Assembly (NCBI GenBank): GCA_030390025.1
Contig: CM059432.1
Coordinates: forward strand, 85,810,001-85,874,000
Reading direction: 5' to 3'
DNA: 64,000 bases
Source of the DNA: Squalus acanthias
Taxonomy: Eukaryota
Shown here: positions 36,902-49,342 of the stretch, in pieces
How positions within the stretch are numbered: position 1 is the stretch's first letter
Layout: each line of letters begins with the position of its first letter
Position numbers and translations under genes: made by a program
The notes under the pieces: model-generated
The model's input: the letters and a program-made list of their open reading frames with translations, nothing else
Told to the model about the DNA's origin: nothing
Databases searched by the model: none

Positions 36902-37736
36902 TATATGGCGCAAAGGAGTGAAGACCTTCTCTTCTAAAAATGAAACAATTTTTACTTCTTTAAAAGACACTTGCTAAGATATGGTACCACGGGCACTTCA
37001 TCCATCTGATCTTCACCCAAATGTCTCTTCTAGTGTTGGCAGAATATTCGCCTGTGCAGGGTATCGGACATCCTAATGCTACCCTCACCTGAAACACGTG
37101 AGCACTTGCTGATTTTCTTTTTCTCTTTCCAGCCTGGGACACGGCGGCCAGTTGTAGAACTACAATTATCACCACGGTTCAGATCAGCTAACTCGGCACG
37201 GGCTAGAAACTGAGGTAAGAGGTTTAAATCAGTTTTATTTTTTATAAATTAATGAATTGGAGGGAGAGGTGAATGAATACTCAAGCCAAAAGACATTTTG
37301 GGATATTGTCCTGAAATATATTACTATAAAAGGGAAATAGAGAATATATATTGTGCAGCAGTGTGAAGATTCTGGGGATGAAATTGCTAATCTGCAAGTG
37401 TTTTTCATTTTGAGCCCTTGTAACTACAGTATAATAGGGAGGTTACTGTGGGTAAAATTCTTTTTAGAAAGATTACATTTTGTTCAATTATATCATGTGA
37501 GCAGTCATTTCATGACTTACAGTACACGAACTTTATACTTTATGTAACTCAAATGACCCTTACTGGGAATCAGCAGGATTTTTTTTTTTGTGTGGGAAGT
37601 ATTTCTGCTTTTGCGGTTCTTTAACCTTTTGGCCTCAGCTGGCGGGGGAAGGGAAGCCAATTCCATAACAATTAAATACCTATATGGCGCAAAGGAGTGA
37701 AGACCTTCTCTTCTAAAAATGAAACAATTTTTACTT
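36898..37736. repeat. Perfect 60-bp direct repeat of unique sequence (36898-36957 and 37677-37736)
   Basis: tacctatatggcgcaaaggagtgaagaccttctcttctaaaaatgaaacaatttttactt occurs twice. Confidence 0.95.
37133..37214 (+). other. Candidate 82-nt internal exon (probably 5' UTR or non-coding)
   Basis: Long polypyrimidine tract ttttctttttctctttccag and GAG|GTAAGA donor. CpG-rich body. All three frames contain a stop. Confidence 0.6.
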
Positions 37737-37929
37737 GTATAAAAGGATTTCATCCAGCTTTTTCTATTGCTGTATATTTGTATCTGACAACAGCATTACA
37801 GCCAAAGAGATCTCTTCCATGTTCATAACAGTCTGGAATAGGCTGTCTACAAGAAGTTTACTTCCAGTTGTAATTATTGATCTTCAAAACCTGTCGTCTA
37901 TTTTAAATATCTGTCCTACCACAAAACCC

Positions 37930-38925
37930 TTTGAATGAAGAAATTCCTCCTCATCTCTGTCTTAAATGGCCGACCCCTTATCCTGAGACTATGTCCCCTA
38001 GTTCTAGACTCTCCAGCCAGGGGAAACAACCTCTCAGCATCTTCTCTGTCAATCCCCCAAAGAGTATAGGCCCAATCTACTCAATCGTTCCTCATAGGAC
38101 AACTTTCTCATCCCAGGAATCAATCTAGTGAACCTTTGCTGCACCGCCTCTAAGGCAAGTATATCCTTCCTCAGATAAGGTGACCAAAACTGCACGGTAC
38201 TCCAGGTGTGGTTTCACCAAAGCCCTGTACAGTTGCAGCAAGAATTCCTTACTCTTGTACTCCAAGCACCTTGCAATAAAGGCCAACATGCCATTTGCCT
38301 TCCTAATTGCTTGCTGTACCTGCATGCTAACACTGTGTTCCTGTACAAGGTCACCTAAATCTCTCTGAACACCAATATTTAATAGTTTCTCACCATTTAA
38401 GAAATATTCTGTTTTTCTATTCTTCCTACCAAAATGAATAACCTCACATTTCCCCACATTATACTCCATCTGCCACCTTATTGCCCACTCACTTAACCTG
38501 TCTGTATCCCTTTGCAGGCTCTTTGTGTCCTCCTCACAGCTTACTTTCCCACCTAGCTTTGTATCGTAAGCAGACTTGGATACATTGCACTCAGTCCCTT
38601 CATCGAAGTAATTAATATTGATTGTAAATCGCTGAGGCTAAGCACTGATCCTTGCGGCACCGCACTAGTTACAGCCTGCCAACCTGAAAATGACCCATTT
38701 ATCCCTGCTCGCTGTTTTCTGTCAGTTAACCAATCCTCTATCCATGCTAATATATTGCCCAACCCCCATGAGCCCTTATTTTATGTAGCAACCTTTTTAG
38801 GTGACACCTTATCGAATGCCTTTTTGAAATCCAAATATGCTACATCCACTGGTTTCCTCTTTATCTACCCTGCTAGTTACATCCTCAAAAAACCCTTTTG
38901 ACAAACACCATTTCCCTTTCATAAA
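37930..38925 (-). mobile_element. CR1 LINE fragment
   Basis: ORFs 38125-38469 and 38553-38762 with CR1 RT motifs. Confidence 0.9.
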
Positions 38926-41900
38926 CAACAACAACTTGTATTTATATAGCACCTTTAACGTAGTAAAACGTCCCAAGGCGCTTCACAGGAGTATTATAAG
39001 ACACAAAATTTGACACTGAGGCACATAAGGAGAAATTAGGGCAGGTGACCAAAAGCTTGGTCAAAGAGGTAGGTCTTAAGGAACGTCTTAAAGGAGGAAA
39101 GCGAGGCGGTGAGGTTTAGGCAGGGAATTCCAGAGCTTAGGGCCTTGGCAGCTGAAGGCACGGCCACCAATGGTTGAGCAATTATAATCGGGGATCCTCA
39201 AGAGGGCAGAATTAGAGGAGTGTGGATATCTTGGAGGGTTGTGGGGCTGGAGGAGATTACAGAGGTAGGGAGGGGCGAGGCCATGGAGGGATTTGTAAAC
39301 CAGGATGAGAATTTTGAATTCGAGGCGTTGCTTAACGGGGAGCCAATGTAGGTCAGCGAGCACAGGGGTGATGGGTGAATGGGACTTGGTGCAAGTTACG
39401 ACACGGGCAGCCGAGTTTTGGATGACCTCAAGTTTACATAGGGTAGAATATGGGTGGCCAGCCAGGAGTGTGTTGGAATAGTCAAGTCTAGAGGTAACAA
39501 AAGCATGGATGAGGGTTTCAGCAGCGGACGAGCTGAGGCAAGGGCAGAGACGGGCGATGTTAGAGGTGGAAATAGATGGTCTTAGTTATGCCGCAGACAT
39601 GTGGCCAGAAGCTCATTTCAGGGTCAAATATAACACCAAGGTTGCGAACAGTGTGGTTCAGCCTCAGACAGATGTTAGGAAGAGGGATGGAGTTAGTGGC
39701 TAGGGAACGGAATTTGTGGCGGAGACTGAAAACAATGGCTTCGGTCTTCCCAATATTTAATTGGAGAAAATTTCTGCTCATCTAGAACTGGATGTCGGAT
39801 AAGCAGTCTGACAATTTAGGGGGGTCGAGAGAAGTGATGGTGAAGTAGAGCTGGGTGTCGTCAGCGTACATGTCATAGTCATAGAGTCATAACGGCACAG
39901 AAGGAGGCCATTCGGCCTATCGAGTCCGTGCCGGCTCCCTGCAGAGCATTCCAGTCAGTCCCATTCCCCCGCTCTATCCCCGTAGCCCTGCAAGTTTATT
40001 TCCCTCAAGTGCCTATCCAGTCTCCCCTTGAAAACATTGAGTGTCTCCGCTTCCACCACTTCCGTCGGCAGCGAGTTCCAGGTCCTCACCACTTGCTGCA
40101 TAAAAAAGTTTTTCCTCACATACCCCCTGAATCTCTTACCCAAAACCTTAAATCTGTGTCCCCTAGTCCTTGTACCACCAACTAGTGGGAACAGCCTTTC
40201 CCTGTCTAGCCTATCCAAACCTGTCATAATCTTGTACACCTCTATCAAATCACCCCTCAACCTCCTTTGCTCTAATGAAAACAAATCCAGCTTCTCCAAC
40301 CTGTCCTTTGAAGCTAAGATCCCCCATCCCCGGAACCATTGTGATAAATCTCTTCTGCACCTTCTCTAGGGCCTCTCCCTGTTCCTTCTGCCAAAATGCA
40401 TCACCTCACACTTCTCTGTATTAAATTCCATCTGCCACTTGTCTGCCCATTCTGCTAGCCTTTCCATGTCCTGTTGCAGTCGATTTGATATCATCCTCAC
40501 CGTTTGCCACACCCCCAAGTTTGGTGTCATCGGCAAATTTAGAAATTCTACTTTGTATTCCAATATCCAGGTCATATATATCTCAAAAAAAGCAGTGGTC
40601 CCAGCACTGATCCTTGGGGAACACCACTATCTACCATCCTTCAGTCTGCAAAACAGCCATTTACCACAACTCGCTGTTTTCTGTCCTTAAGCCAATTCCT
40701 TATCCAAGCTGCCACTGACGCACCTATTCAGTGAGCCTCAATTTTGTTAACCAGCCTTCTATGTAGTACTTTGTCAAACGCCTTCCTAAAATCCATGTAG
40801 ACAACATCCATTGCATTCCCTTCATCGATCCTCCCTGTTACTTCATCAAAAAATTCAATTAGATTAGTCAAACATGATCTGCCTTTTACAAATCCGTGTT
40901 GGCTCTCCTTAATTAGCTTAAACCTCTCCAAGTGCCTGTTAATTTTTTCCTTGATTATTGTTTCTAAAACTTTACTCATGTTAAACTGACCGGCCTGTAG
41001 TTACTAGGATTGTCTTAACACCCTTTCTTGAACAATGGTGTCACATTTGCCACTCTCCAATCCTCAGGCACCTCCCCCACATCTAGGGAAGATTGGAAAA
41101 TTATGGCGAGCCCTTCCGCTATCTCCTCCCCCAATTCCCTTAGCAATCTGGGATGCAAGCCATCTGGACCAGGCGACTTATCCACTCTAAGCATACCCAG
41201 CCTTTCTAGTACATCCTGTCTATCAATTTTCACCCCTTCTATTGCTTCTACCTTTTCCACTGCTACTGATATTTTGTCAGCATCCACCTCCTTAGTAAAC
41301 ACCGATACAAAGTACTGAGTATTCTAGCCTTGCCCTGCGCCTCTAAGAATATAACACCTTCTTTGTCGCTAATAGACCCCACCCTGCCTCTTACTACCCG
41401 CTTACTGTTTACATGCCGGTAGAAGATTTCTGGGTTCCCTTTTATGTTAACTGCCATTCTACTCTCATATTCTCTCTTTGCCAATCTTATTTTCATGTTC
41501 ACTTCCCCCCTCAACTTATTGTATTTGGTCTGGTTCTCCCTTGAATTCACCTGACATGCATCATACACCTCTTTTTTGTTTCATCATCTTCTCTATCTCC
41601 CTCGTCATCCAAGGAGCCCTTGCTTTGGTTCCCTTACCTTTCCCTCTTGTTGGAATGTACCTAGTCTGTACTTGGAACATCTCCTCCTTTAAAGATCGCC
41701 CATTGTTCCGTTACAGTTTTTCCTGTCAGTCTTTGGTTCCATTTTACCCTGGCTCTACCCTGGCTCGATCCTTTCGCATCCCATTGAAGTTAGCCCTATT
41801 TCAGTTTAGAAGTTCCACTCTAGATTGTTCCTTGCTCCTCTCCATTGCTAATCTAAATCTTATGATACGATGATCACTCGTATCCAAGTGTTCTCCCACA

Positions 41901-43895
41901 GACACTTGATTGACCTGGCCCACCTCATTCCCCAGCACCAGATCCAGCAATGCCTCCTTCCTGGTTGGGCCAAGAACATACTGGTCAAGGAAATTCTCCG
42001 GAACACATTTCAGAAATTCCTCCCCCTCCTTTCCCTTTACCCTAGCATTATCCCAATTGATATTTGGGTAGTTAAAGTCCCCCAATATCACCATTCTATA
42101 GCTCTTGCATACCTCTGATTTCCCTGCAGATTTGCTCCTCTACCTCCCTCTCACTATTTGGAGGCCTATAGACTACCCCCAATAGTGTGATCATACCCTT
42201 TTTGCTCCTTAACTCTAACCAAATGGATTCTGTCCTTGTCTCCTCAAGAACATCCTCCCTTTCCAACACTACAATATCTTCCTTAATCAGCTCTGCCACC
42301 CCACCTCCCTTTTTTCCTTCCCTATCTTTTCTGAACACCTTGTACCCTTGAATATTAAGTGCCCAGTCCTCACTGTTTTTAAGCCATGTTTCCGTTATTG
42401 CAACAACATCATATTGCTACATGGCTAATTGCTTGTAGCTCACCAACCTTATTCACCACACTTTGTGCGTTTACGTACATGCATTCTAAACCCATTTTTG
42501 AATTGCTCGTAGTCTTTCTTAGTTTGCTCCTATCTAATATGGTACTACTTCCGCCTCTAGTACTAATTTCTTCTCTAGTACTATCCAACACACTCACTCC
42601 TTTTATGCACCTTATTCCTCTTTTCTACTCCTATGTGCAGGTGCCCATCCTCCTGCCAAGCTAGTTTAAACCCTCCCCAACAGCACTAGCAAACCTCCCC
42701 GCGAGAATATTGGTTCCGGCTCTGTTGAGGTGTTACAGGTCCCACCTTCCCGAGAAACATTCCCAATGCCTCAGGAATCTAAAGGCCTCTATCCTGCACC
42801 ATCTCTCCAGCCACGCATTCATCTGTTCTATCCTCCTATTCCTGTACTCACTCGCACGTGGCACCAGGAGTAATCCGGAGATTACTACCTTTTGAGGTCC
42901 TGCTTTTTAATCTCTCTCCTAGCTCCCTAAACTCTGCCTGCAGGACCTCATCCCTCTTTCTGCCTATGTCGTTGGTACCGATATGGACAACGACCTCTGG
43001 CTGTTCACCCTCCCCCCTCAGCATGTCCTGCGGAATGTGGAAACTGATGCTGTTTTCGGATGATGTCGCCAAGGGGCATCATGTAGATGAGAAATAGGAG
43101 GGGACCAAGGATAGATTCTTGGGGGACCCCAGAGGTAACTATGCGGGAGTGGGAAGAAAAGCCGTTGCAAGTGATTCTCTGGTTAGAATTAGATAGATAA
43201 GAATGGAACCAGGCGAGTGCAGTCCCACCCAGCTGGACGACGGTGGAGAGGCGTTGAAGGATGGAGTGGTCAACCGTGTCAAAGGCTGCAGACAGGTCAA
43301 GAAAGATGAGGAGGAATAGTTTACCTTTGTCACAGTCACAAAGGATGTTATTTGTGACTTTGAGAGCCGTTTCAGTAATGTGGCAGGGGCAGAATCCTGA
43401 TTGGAGGGATTCAAACATGTAGTTGCGGGAAAGTTGGGCACAGATTTGTGAGGCGACAACATGTTCAAGGACTTTGGAGAGGAAAGGGAGGTTGGAGATG
43501 GGGCAGTAGTTTGTGAGGACGGAGGGGGTCAAGGGTTGTTTTTTGAGGAGAGGGGTGATGATGGCAGATTTGAGGGAGAGGGGGACAGTACCTGAGGAGA
43601 GAGAACCGTTAACAATGTCAGCTAACATGGGAGTCAGAAAAGGAAGTTGGGAATAAGGTCGAGGGAGCAGGAAGTGGGTCTCATGGACAAGATGAGCGCA
43701 GAGACATCATGAGGGGAGATTGGAGAGAAACTGGAGAAAGATGTGAGTTCAGGGCTAGGGCAGGGAGGAACGTTAGAGGAAGTTTGACCCGGTGGGCTAG
43801 GGAAGGAAGGAAAGTAGCAGAGGCAGCTGAGCGGATGGTCTCAATCTTAGAGACAAAGAAGTCCATGAGCACCTCACACTTGTTGTCGGCGGTGA
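38926..43895 (-). mobile_element. L2 LINE split by a long CR1 (pieces 38926-39873 and 43035-43895)
   Basis: (TTG)n tail at 38926. ORFs 39088-39363, 39560-39781 and 43005-43628 (LDLSAAFDTVDH, GVPQ). The MYADD codons are interrupted, with ATGT duplicated at 39870-39873 and 43035-43038. Confidence 0.9.
39874..43034 (-). mobile_element. Long CR1 LINE: ORF1 esterase end plus ORF2 (APE + RT), decayed
   Basis: VVVHIGTNDIG (SGNH esterase), YVNAQS, GVVYRPP, GDFNYP, LLDLVL, SDH, KSPGPDG, QHGFVKGRSCLTNL, DFRKAFDKV. Confidence 0.93.
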
Positions 43896-43899
43896 CTGT

Positions 43900-44590
43900 G
43901 ACTATTCATATTTTGATTTTCTAAGTGCCTGTGGTGAGAAGTTCTGCTTTTCCGACGTTTATTTGAGATCAGTGTAAGTTAATGGGGAATCCTTAACACA
44001 AGCTGCTGTGATGTCGTCAAGCTATCTAAGCAGCCAATCACAATGCAGAATTCTCAGACCGGGAACCAGGAATTGAATAAGCTCCTTCGTTCTAACTTTT
44101 TAAAAATGTTGTAGAGAGGCAAAACAAAGATTGGGGCTCTCGCATGGGGAAAAGGTAAACCCAAAATAAAGACAATTTTTTTTTTAAAGTTTCTTAAAAA
44201 TTGTAATTTTAATTAAAATGGATAAATTTGACTCTCCACAAAATTAAAATTAGTTTTTCAGGGCCATAACCTTTGTTTAGCAGGCAATATGCTTTTAAAA
44301 CCCCAGTCATACCTAATCCAAAAGGGTCTAACTTTTAATGGGGTATTTAACAGTGATATTACCGCGGAAAAGCCAAAGTTTTTGTCAGTTTCACTGATTG
44401 CCGGCTTTGGGAGGGTGGGGGGAGGGCCACAGCGCAGCCAGTGTCGGAGCAGTGAATGACTGACCGCAACTTCAGGATTTCCACATTAGGATGCACATGC
44501 GCTAAATCCTGAAGTTGCGGTCAGTTTCAAAGGGGTAATAACAGTGAACACTATTCGCTCGCTGTTCTTGCCCACTGCAAATTCCGGGCC
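43900..44590 (-). mobile_element. Non-autonomous Harbinger-like MITE, copy 1
   Basis: Right end AAATTCCGGGCC. Reverse-complement similarity to 46607-47380. Internal 22-bp perfect hairpin. Confidence 0.7.
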
Positions 44591-44674
44591 AATCTTTTTT
44601 TGGTATTTGGAACTGAAAACTTTCACAGTTTTGAAATCTAGAAGCCAGTGTTGGATCCTATAAGTTGTAGTCGT

Positions 44675-45320
44675 CGTCAACAACAACAACAACTTGCATT
44701 TATATAATGCCTTTAATGTAGTAAAACGTCCCAAGTGCTTCACAGAAGTGTTATCAAACAAAATTTGACACTGAACCACATACGGCGATATTAGGATAGG
44801 TGGCTCAAAGCTTGATCAAAGAGGTAGGTTTTAAGGAGCGTTTTAATGGAGGAGAGAGAGTAGAGGGGCGGTGAAGTTTAGGGAGGGAATTCCAGAGCTT
44901 TGTGCCTAGGCAGCTGAAGGCACGGCTTCCAATGCTGGAGAGATGAAAATCTGAGATGTGTACAAGGTCGGAATTGGAGGGTGCAGAGATCTCGGAAGAT
45001 TGTAGGCCTGATGGAGGTTACAGAGATAGTGAGGGGTGAAGCCATGGAGGCTTTTGAAATGAGGATGAGAATTTTAAAATTGAGGCATTCTTGGATCAGG
45101 TGCCAATGTAGGTCAACGAGCACAGAAGCGAGGGGTGAACGGGACTTGGTGCGAGTTAGGATATGGGCAGCAGAGTTTTGGATGAGCTCACTATTACGGA
45201 GGGTGCAAATTGGGAGGCCGTCCAGGATAGCATTAGAATGGTCGAGTCTAGAGGTAACTAAGGCATGGATGAGGGTTTCAGCAACAGATGAGTGGAGGCA
45301 GAGTCAAAGATGGGCCTCAG
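44675..45320 (-). mobile_element. L2 LINE 3' fragment
   Basis: (TTG)n tail and LHWHL..CLNFKILIL motif. Confidence 0.85.
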
Positions 45321-45329
45321 TATAAAGAG

Positions 45330-45845
45330 GACTCTGCTACCCACCTAGCCAAGCTATTTGAGTGCAGCCTGACACTGGTATCTATCTAACAACAACATAG
45401 AACATATCTGGGCAATCTTCCATCAACAAAAAGCAGGATAGATTAATTCGTCTAATTATCGCCTTATCAGCCTATTCCAAATCATCATCAACTGGCTGCA
45501 GTATGTATGATCTACAGGATACACTCATCAGGCTTACGTTGGTAGCACCCCTCTGGCCCACAACCTCTAGCATCAAGAAGGACAAGAGCAGCAATATCAT
45601 GGAAGCATCATCACCTGTAAGTTCCCCTCCAGTCTCACACCATTCTGACTTGGACATGTATCTCTGCCCATTTATTGTCCTTGGGTCAAAGTCCTGGAAA
45701 TCCTTACTTAACATTATGGAAACATTATCAGCACAAGGACTGCAGCGGTTCAAGGGGAAGGCTCACAACAATCTTCAGGGCAACTAGGAATGGGGAATAA
45801 AAATGCAGCTTTCAGTGTCACCCACACCCAAGAACAAATATTAAA
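45330..45845 (+). mobile_element. Highly diverged family A LINE remnant
   Basis: ctagccaagct.tt, gggtcaaa.tcctggaa and gggcaactagg..tgggg.aataaa motifs shared with family A. Confidence 0.65.
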
Positions 45846-46606
45846 AAAAAAAAACCAGAATATTTGCAAACTCATTCCTTTTTCATTTTCAACTCTGGCT
45901 CGAATTCTTGATACAATTGGATAATTAAAAACACTGACATAGAAATGGGTTAGCAATTGGTACAGGAGGCCACATGCCATTCTGGAATCCACAATCTGAG
46001 GTTGTAATTGTTTCAAAGTGCTGCATTTAATACCCATTCATGGCAACTCCTAATCTATGATTGGGCTACTACTGTTATTCACTGTCTCTTTGGAAGAGCA
46101 GTTCGGAAAATGAATCACTTTAAACAGCTGTTGTCGTGAAACTTAAGATTTAGAATTTATGATTTTTCTAAGCTATTGCATCACTCGCTCCTTTACATCT
46201 CCACAAACAATTAGAAAGTCCTCCTGTTTCTCAGTCTGCATGAAACTACACTGAAAGCAGAGTAACAATAAGTAATTCAAGTTTTCACCTTTTCTTTTTC
46301 TCCTGTGAATGAATCTGTTTGTGTGCTATTGCTTTAAAGTATTTATTTCCAAATTAATTTGTTAATATATTATAAATATATGGACTCTAGGGGAATCAAG
46401 GGATATGGAGATAGGGCGGGAAAGTGGAGTTGAGGTCGAAGATCAGCTATGAGGGGCTGTATGTCCTACTCCTGCTCCTAATTCTTATGTATCAAGGTGG
46501 CACAGCATCTAGCTAAGTGTATATTCCGTTTATGCATGATTGTGCTAAATGAGCTTGACGAAATGGTTGTTAGGACATGGAGTATCCTACCACAAACAGT
46601 GGTGGA

Positions 46607-47380
46607 AGCAGAATTTGCGGTCCGGATGTCAGCCAACTGGCAGCGTTCGCCGTCATTCCGCCTTTGAAACTGACCGCAACTTCGGGATTTGGTGCATGCA
46701 CAGGCACATGCGGAAATCCTAAAGTTGCGGTCTGTCATTCACTGCTCCTCCACAGGCTGTGCTGTGCGCCCCCCAACAAGGCTGGCAATCAGTGGAATCT
46801 CTCTCATCAGGGAAACTGACGAAAACTTCGGCTCTTCCGCAGTAGTTACACTGTTAAATTCCCCACTAATAGTTAGACCCAAAGGGATTAGGTATAACTG
46901 GGGTTTTAGCAGCGTATTGACTGCTAAGCAAAGGTTATGGCCCTGAAAAACTAATTTTAATTTTGTGGCGTATCAAATTTATTCATTTTAATAAAAATGA
47001 AAATTTTTAAGAAACTTATTTTAAATTTAATTTAAAAAAAAAAAGTTTGTTCATCTTTATTTCAGGTTTACCTTTTCCCCATGTGGGAGCCCCAATCTTT
47101 GTTTTGCTCTCTACCACTTTTACAACATTAGAATTTTAAGAGCTTACTCATTTCCTTGTTTGGTGTCTGTGAGAACTCTGCCTTTTGATTGGCTGCTTAG
47201 ACAGCTTGTTGACGTCACAGCAACTCGCAATAGGGGATCCCCACTATACTCCGTTGATTTGAACTAAGTGTCAGAAAACCCGAACTTCTCAACACCGAGA
47301 TCGCGCGATCTTTGCGCCAAGCTTACTTCGGGGCTAGCGACGAACACCTTTGCTTCGCCACTTACCTCAAATTCTGGGCC
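46607..47380 (+). mobile_element. Non-autonomous Harbinger-like MITE, copy 2, inserted in a CR1 tail
   Basis: Ends CAGAATTTG ... CAAATTCTGGGCC. CR1 tail on both sides (gtggtggaagcag ... aatagcttttaaaagg). Confidence 0.72.
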
Positions 47381-47719
47381 AATAGCTTTTAAAAGGAAAG
47401 TGGATAGATATTTGAAGGACAAATATTTAATAGTGCATGGGGAAACGTGAGGGAAATGGGACTAAGTGGATGGCTCTTTCAGTGAGCCAGCACAGGTACA
47501 ATGGGCTGAATTGCCTACTTTGCTGTAAAAGTTAAAATTCCTCTACACTGTTGCTAGAGCCTCAATATCCATTACAAGAATTCCAAGTGCAGATGAACCA
47601 AAGCCTTATATAACCTAAGTGCTCTAATTTTTGTACTTTGTTGACCTAGCCATATTTTCAAGAAACCTATTTGCTTTCCTTATAACGCCCTCACATTGCT
47701 TATGAGTTTTTAGTGACTG

Positions 47720-48455
47720 CACTTAGGTATTGGTTTTCAGAGTGGAGGAAGAGGACAAAATATCAGCGGAACAAGGGAACCTAAAAATAATTCAAGGAGT
47801 AGAAAATGTAATCAAGAAAGGCTAATATAATGTTGGCCTTTATCTCAAAGGGATTAGAAGTCAAAAGTGTGGAAGTAATCCTTCAGTTGTACAGAGCCCT
47901 GGTCAGACTTCATCTAGAGTACTGCATTCAGTTTTGGGTACTGAACCAGGAAAAATGTATTGGCCTAGGAAGGGGTACAGTGCAGATTCACCAGAATGAT
48001 ACCAGGGCTTAAAGGGTTAAATTCTGAGGACAGATTTCATAAACTTGGTTTGTATTCCCTTGAGTTTAGAATGTTGAGAGGTGATCTAATCAAGATATTT
48101 AAAATGATAAAGGGATCCGATAGGGTAGATACAGATAAACAATTTCTTCTGGTGGGGGAATTGAGAACAAAAGGGCATAATCTTAAAATTAGAGCTAGGC
48201 CATTTAGGAGTTAAATCAGAGAGTTCTTTTTTCATACAAAGGGTAGTGGTAATCTGGAACTCTCCCGAAAAAGCCTGTTGATACTGGGTCACGTGGAGCT
48301 TTTAAGACTGAAATTGATAGATTTTTGTTAGGTAAGGGAATCAAGGGATATGGAACAAAGGTGGGTAAATGGACTTTAGGTACAGATCAAGCATGGTCTA
48401 ATTGAATGGTGGGACAGGCTCGAGGTTGCTGGATGACTTACTCCTGTTCTTATCA
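47720..48455 (+). mobile_element. CR1 LINE 3' fragment
   Basis: ORFs 47830-48012 and 47996-48214 with CR1 C-terminal motifs. Confidence 0.88.
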
Positions 48456-48730
48456 CAGGACTATTTCTAAATATCAAATTGGGAAGATGGTGAACATTTT
48501 CAGAATTTTCAAATGACAAAATATTTTCCTGATACTGTACATCTGTGAGGTTAATGTTTATTTTGCAGCTTCCATTTGTATTTAATACATTTTTAATGAA
48601 GCTTTAAAACTACTATGGTTCACAAAACCATTAAAATTTTATATTTTGAGATACTGCATACCACAAAGCTGTTGTTGTCGTGTCCATTTGCAAGGCTTTA
48701 TTCATTATGATCATTAATCAAATATCAATG

Positions 48731-49342
48731 GGCCAGATTTTAGTAGCAGGGCATCTAATGGTGTCTGCCATTAGTTAGACTTGACCCTGCACCCTACAGC
48801 TCAAAAAAATGTTGCCCACTAAGTTGCTGAAAGTGCGAGCTGATAATGGCACAGTGAGGGAAACAGGGCATCTAGGACTTGAGTGAGCAGGGCAACCAAC
48901 AGGATATCTCCTTAACCAATGAGATTTAAAGATTGGAAAATAAACAGGAGAAGAACTGAGAAGGAGGGTGAATTAAACAGGGTGAATTCCATGTCAAATC
49001 AAGTACAGAAAGAGAAATAAAGAGAGGGAAAGAAAGATTGGATTCAGAGAGATAAAAAAGAGACAAAAAGGAAAAGTAAGAATTTTTAAAAAATTTTAAA
49101 TTTGGCATTTTTAAAACCTCCTAAAACAATTCACAACCTGAAGGAATGAGACAGTTTATGTGGAACTTTATCGAATGCCTTCTGGGAATCCATATAAACT
49201 ACATCCATAGACGTTCCCCTGTCTACTACTTTAGTTACTTCCTCAAAAAATTCAATTCGATTTGTTGGACACTAATTTCAGGCAAATTGCGCCAAAAAAA
49301 CCAGTGTAACCAAACGGAAACTCTTCCCCGAAAAGTCTAGTT
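48731..49342. mobile_element. Probable non-autonomous Harbinger-type element containing a small CR1 fragment (about 49155-49260)
   Basis: Starts GGGCCAGATTTT and ends near AAAAGTCTAG. TIR match is weak. Confidence 0.4.
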
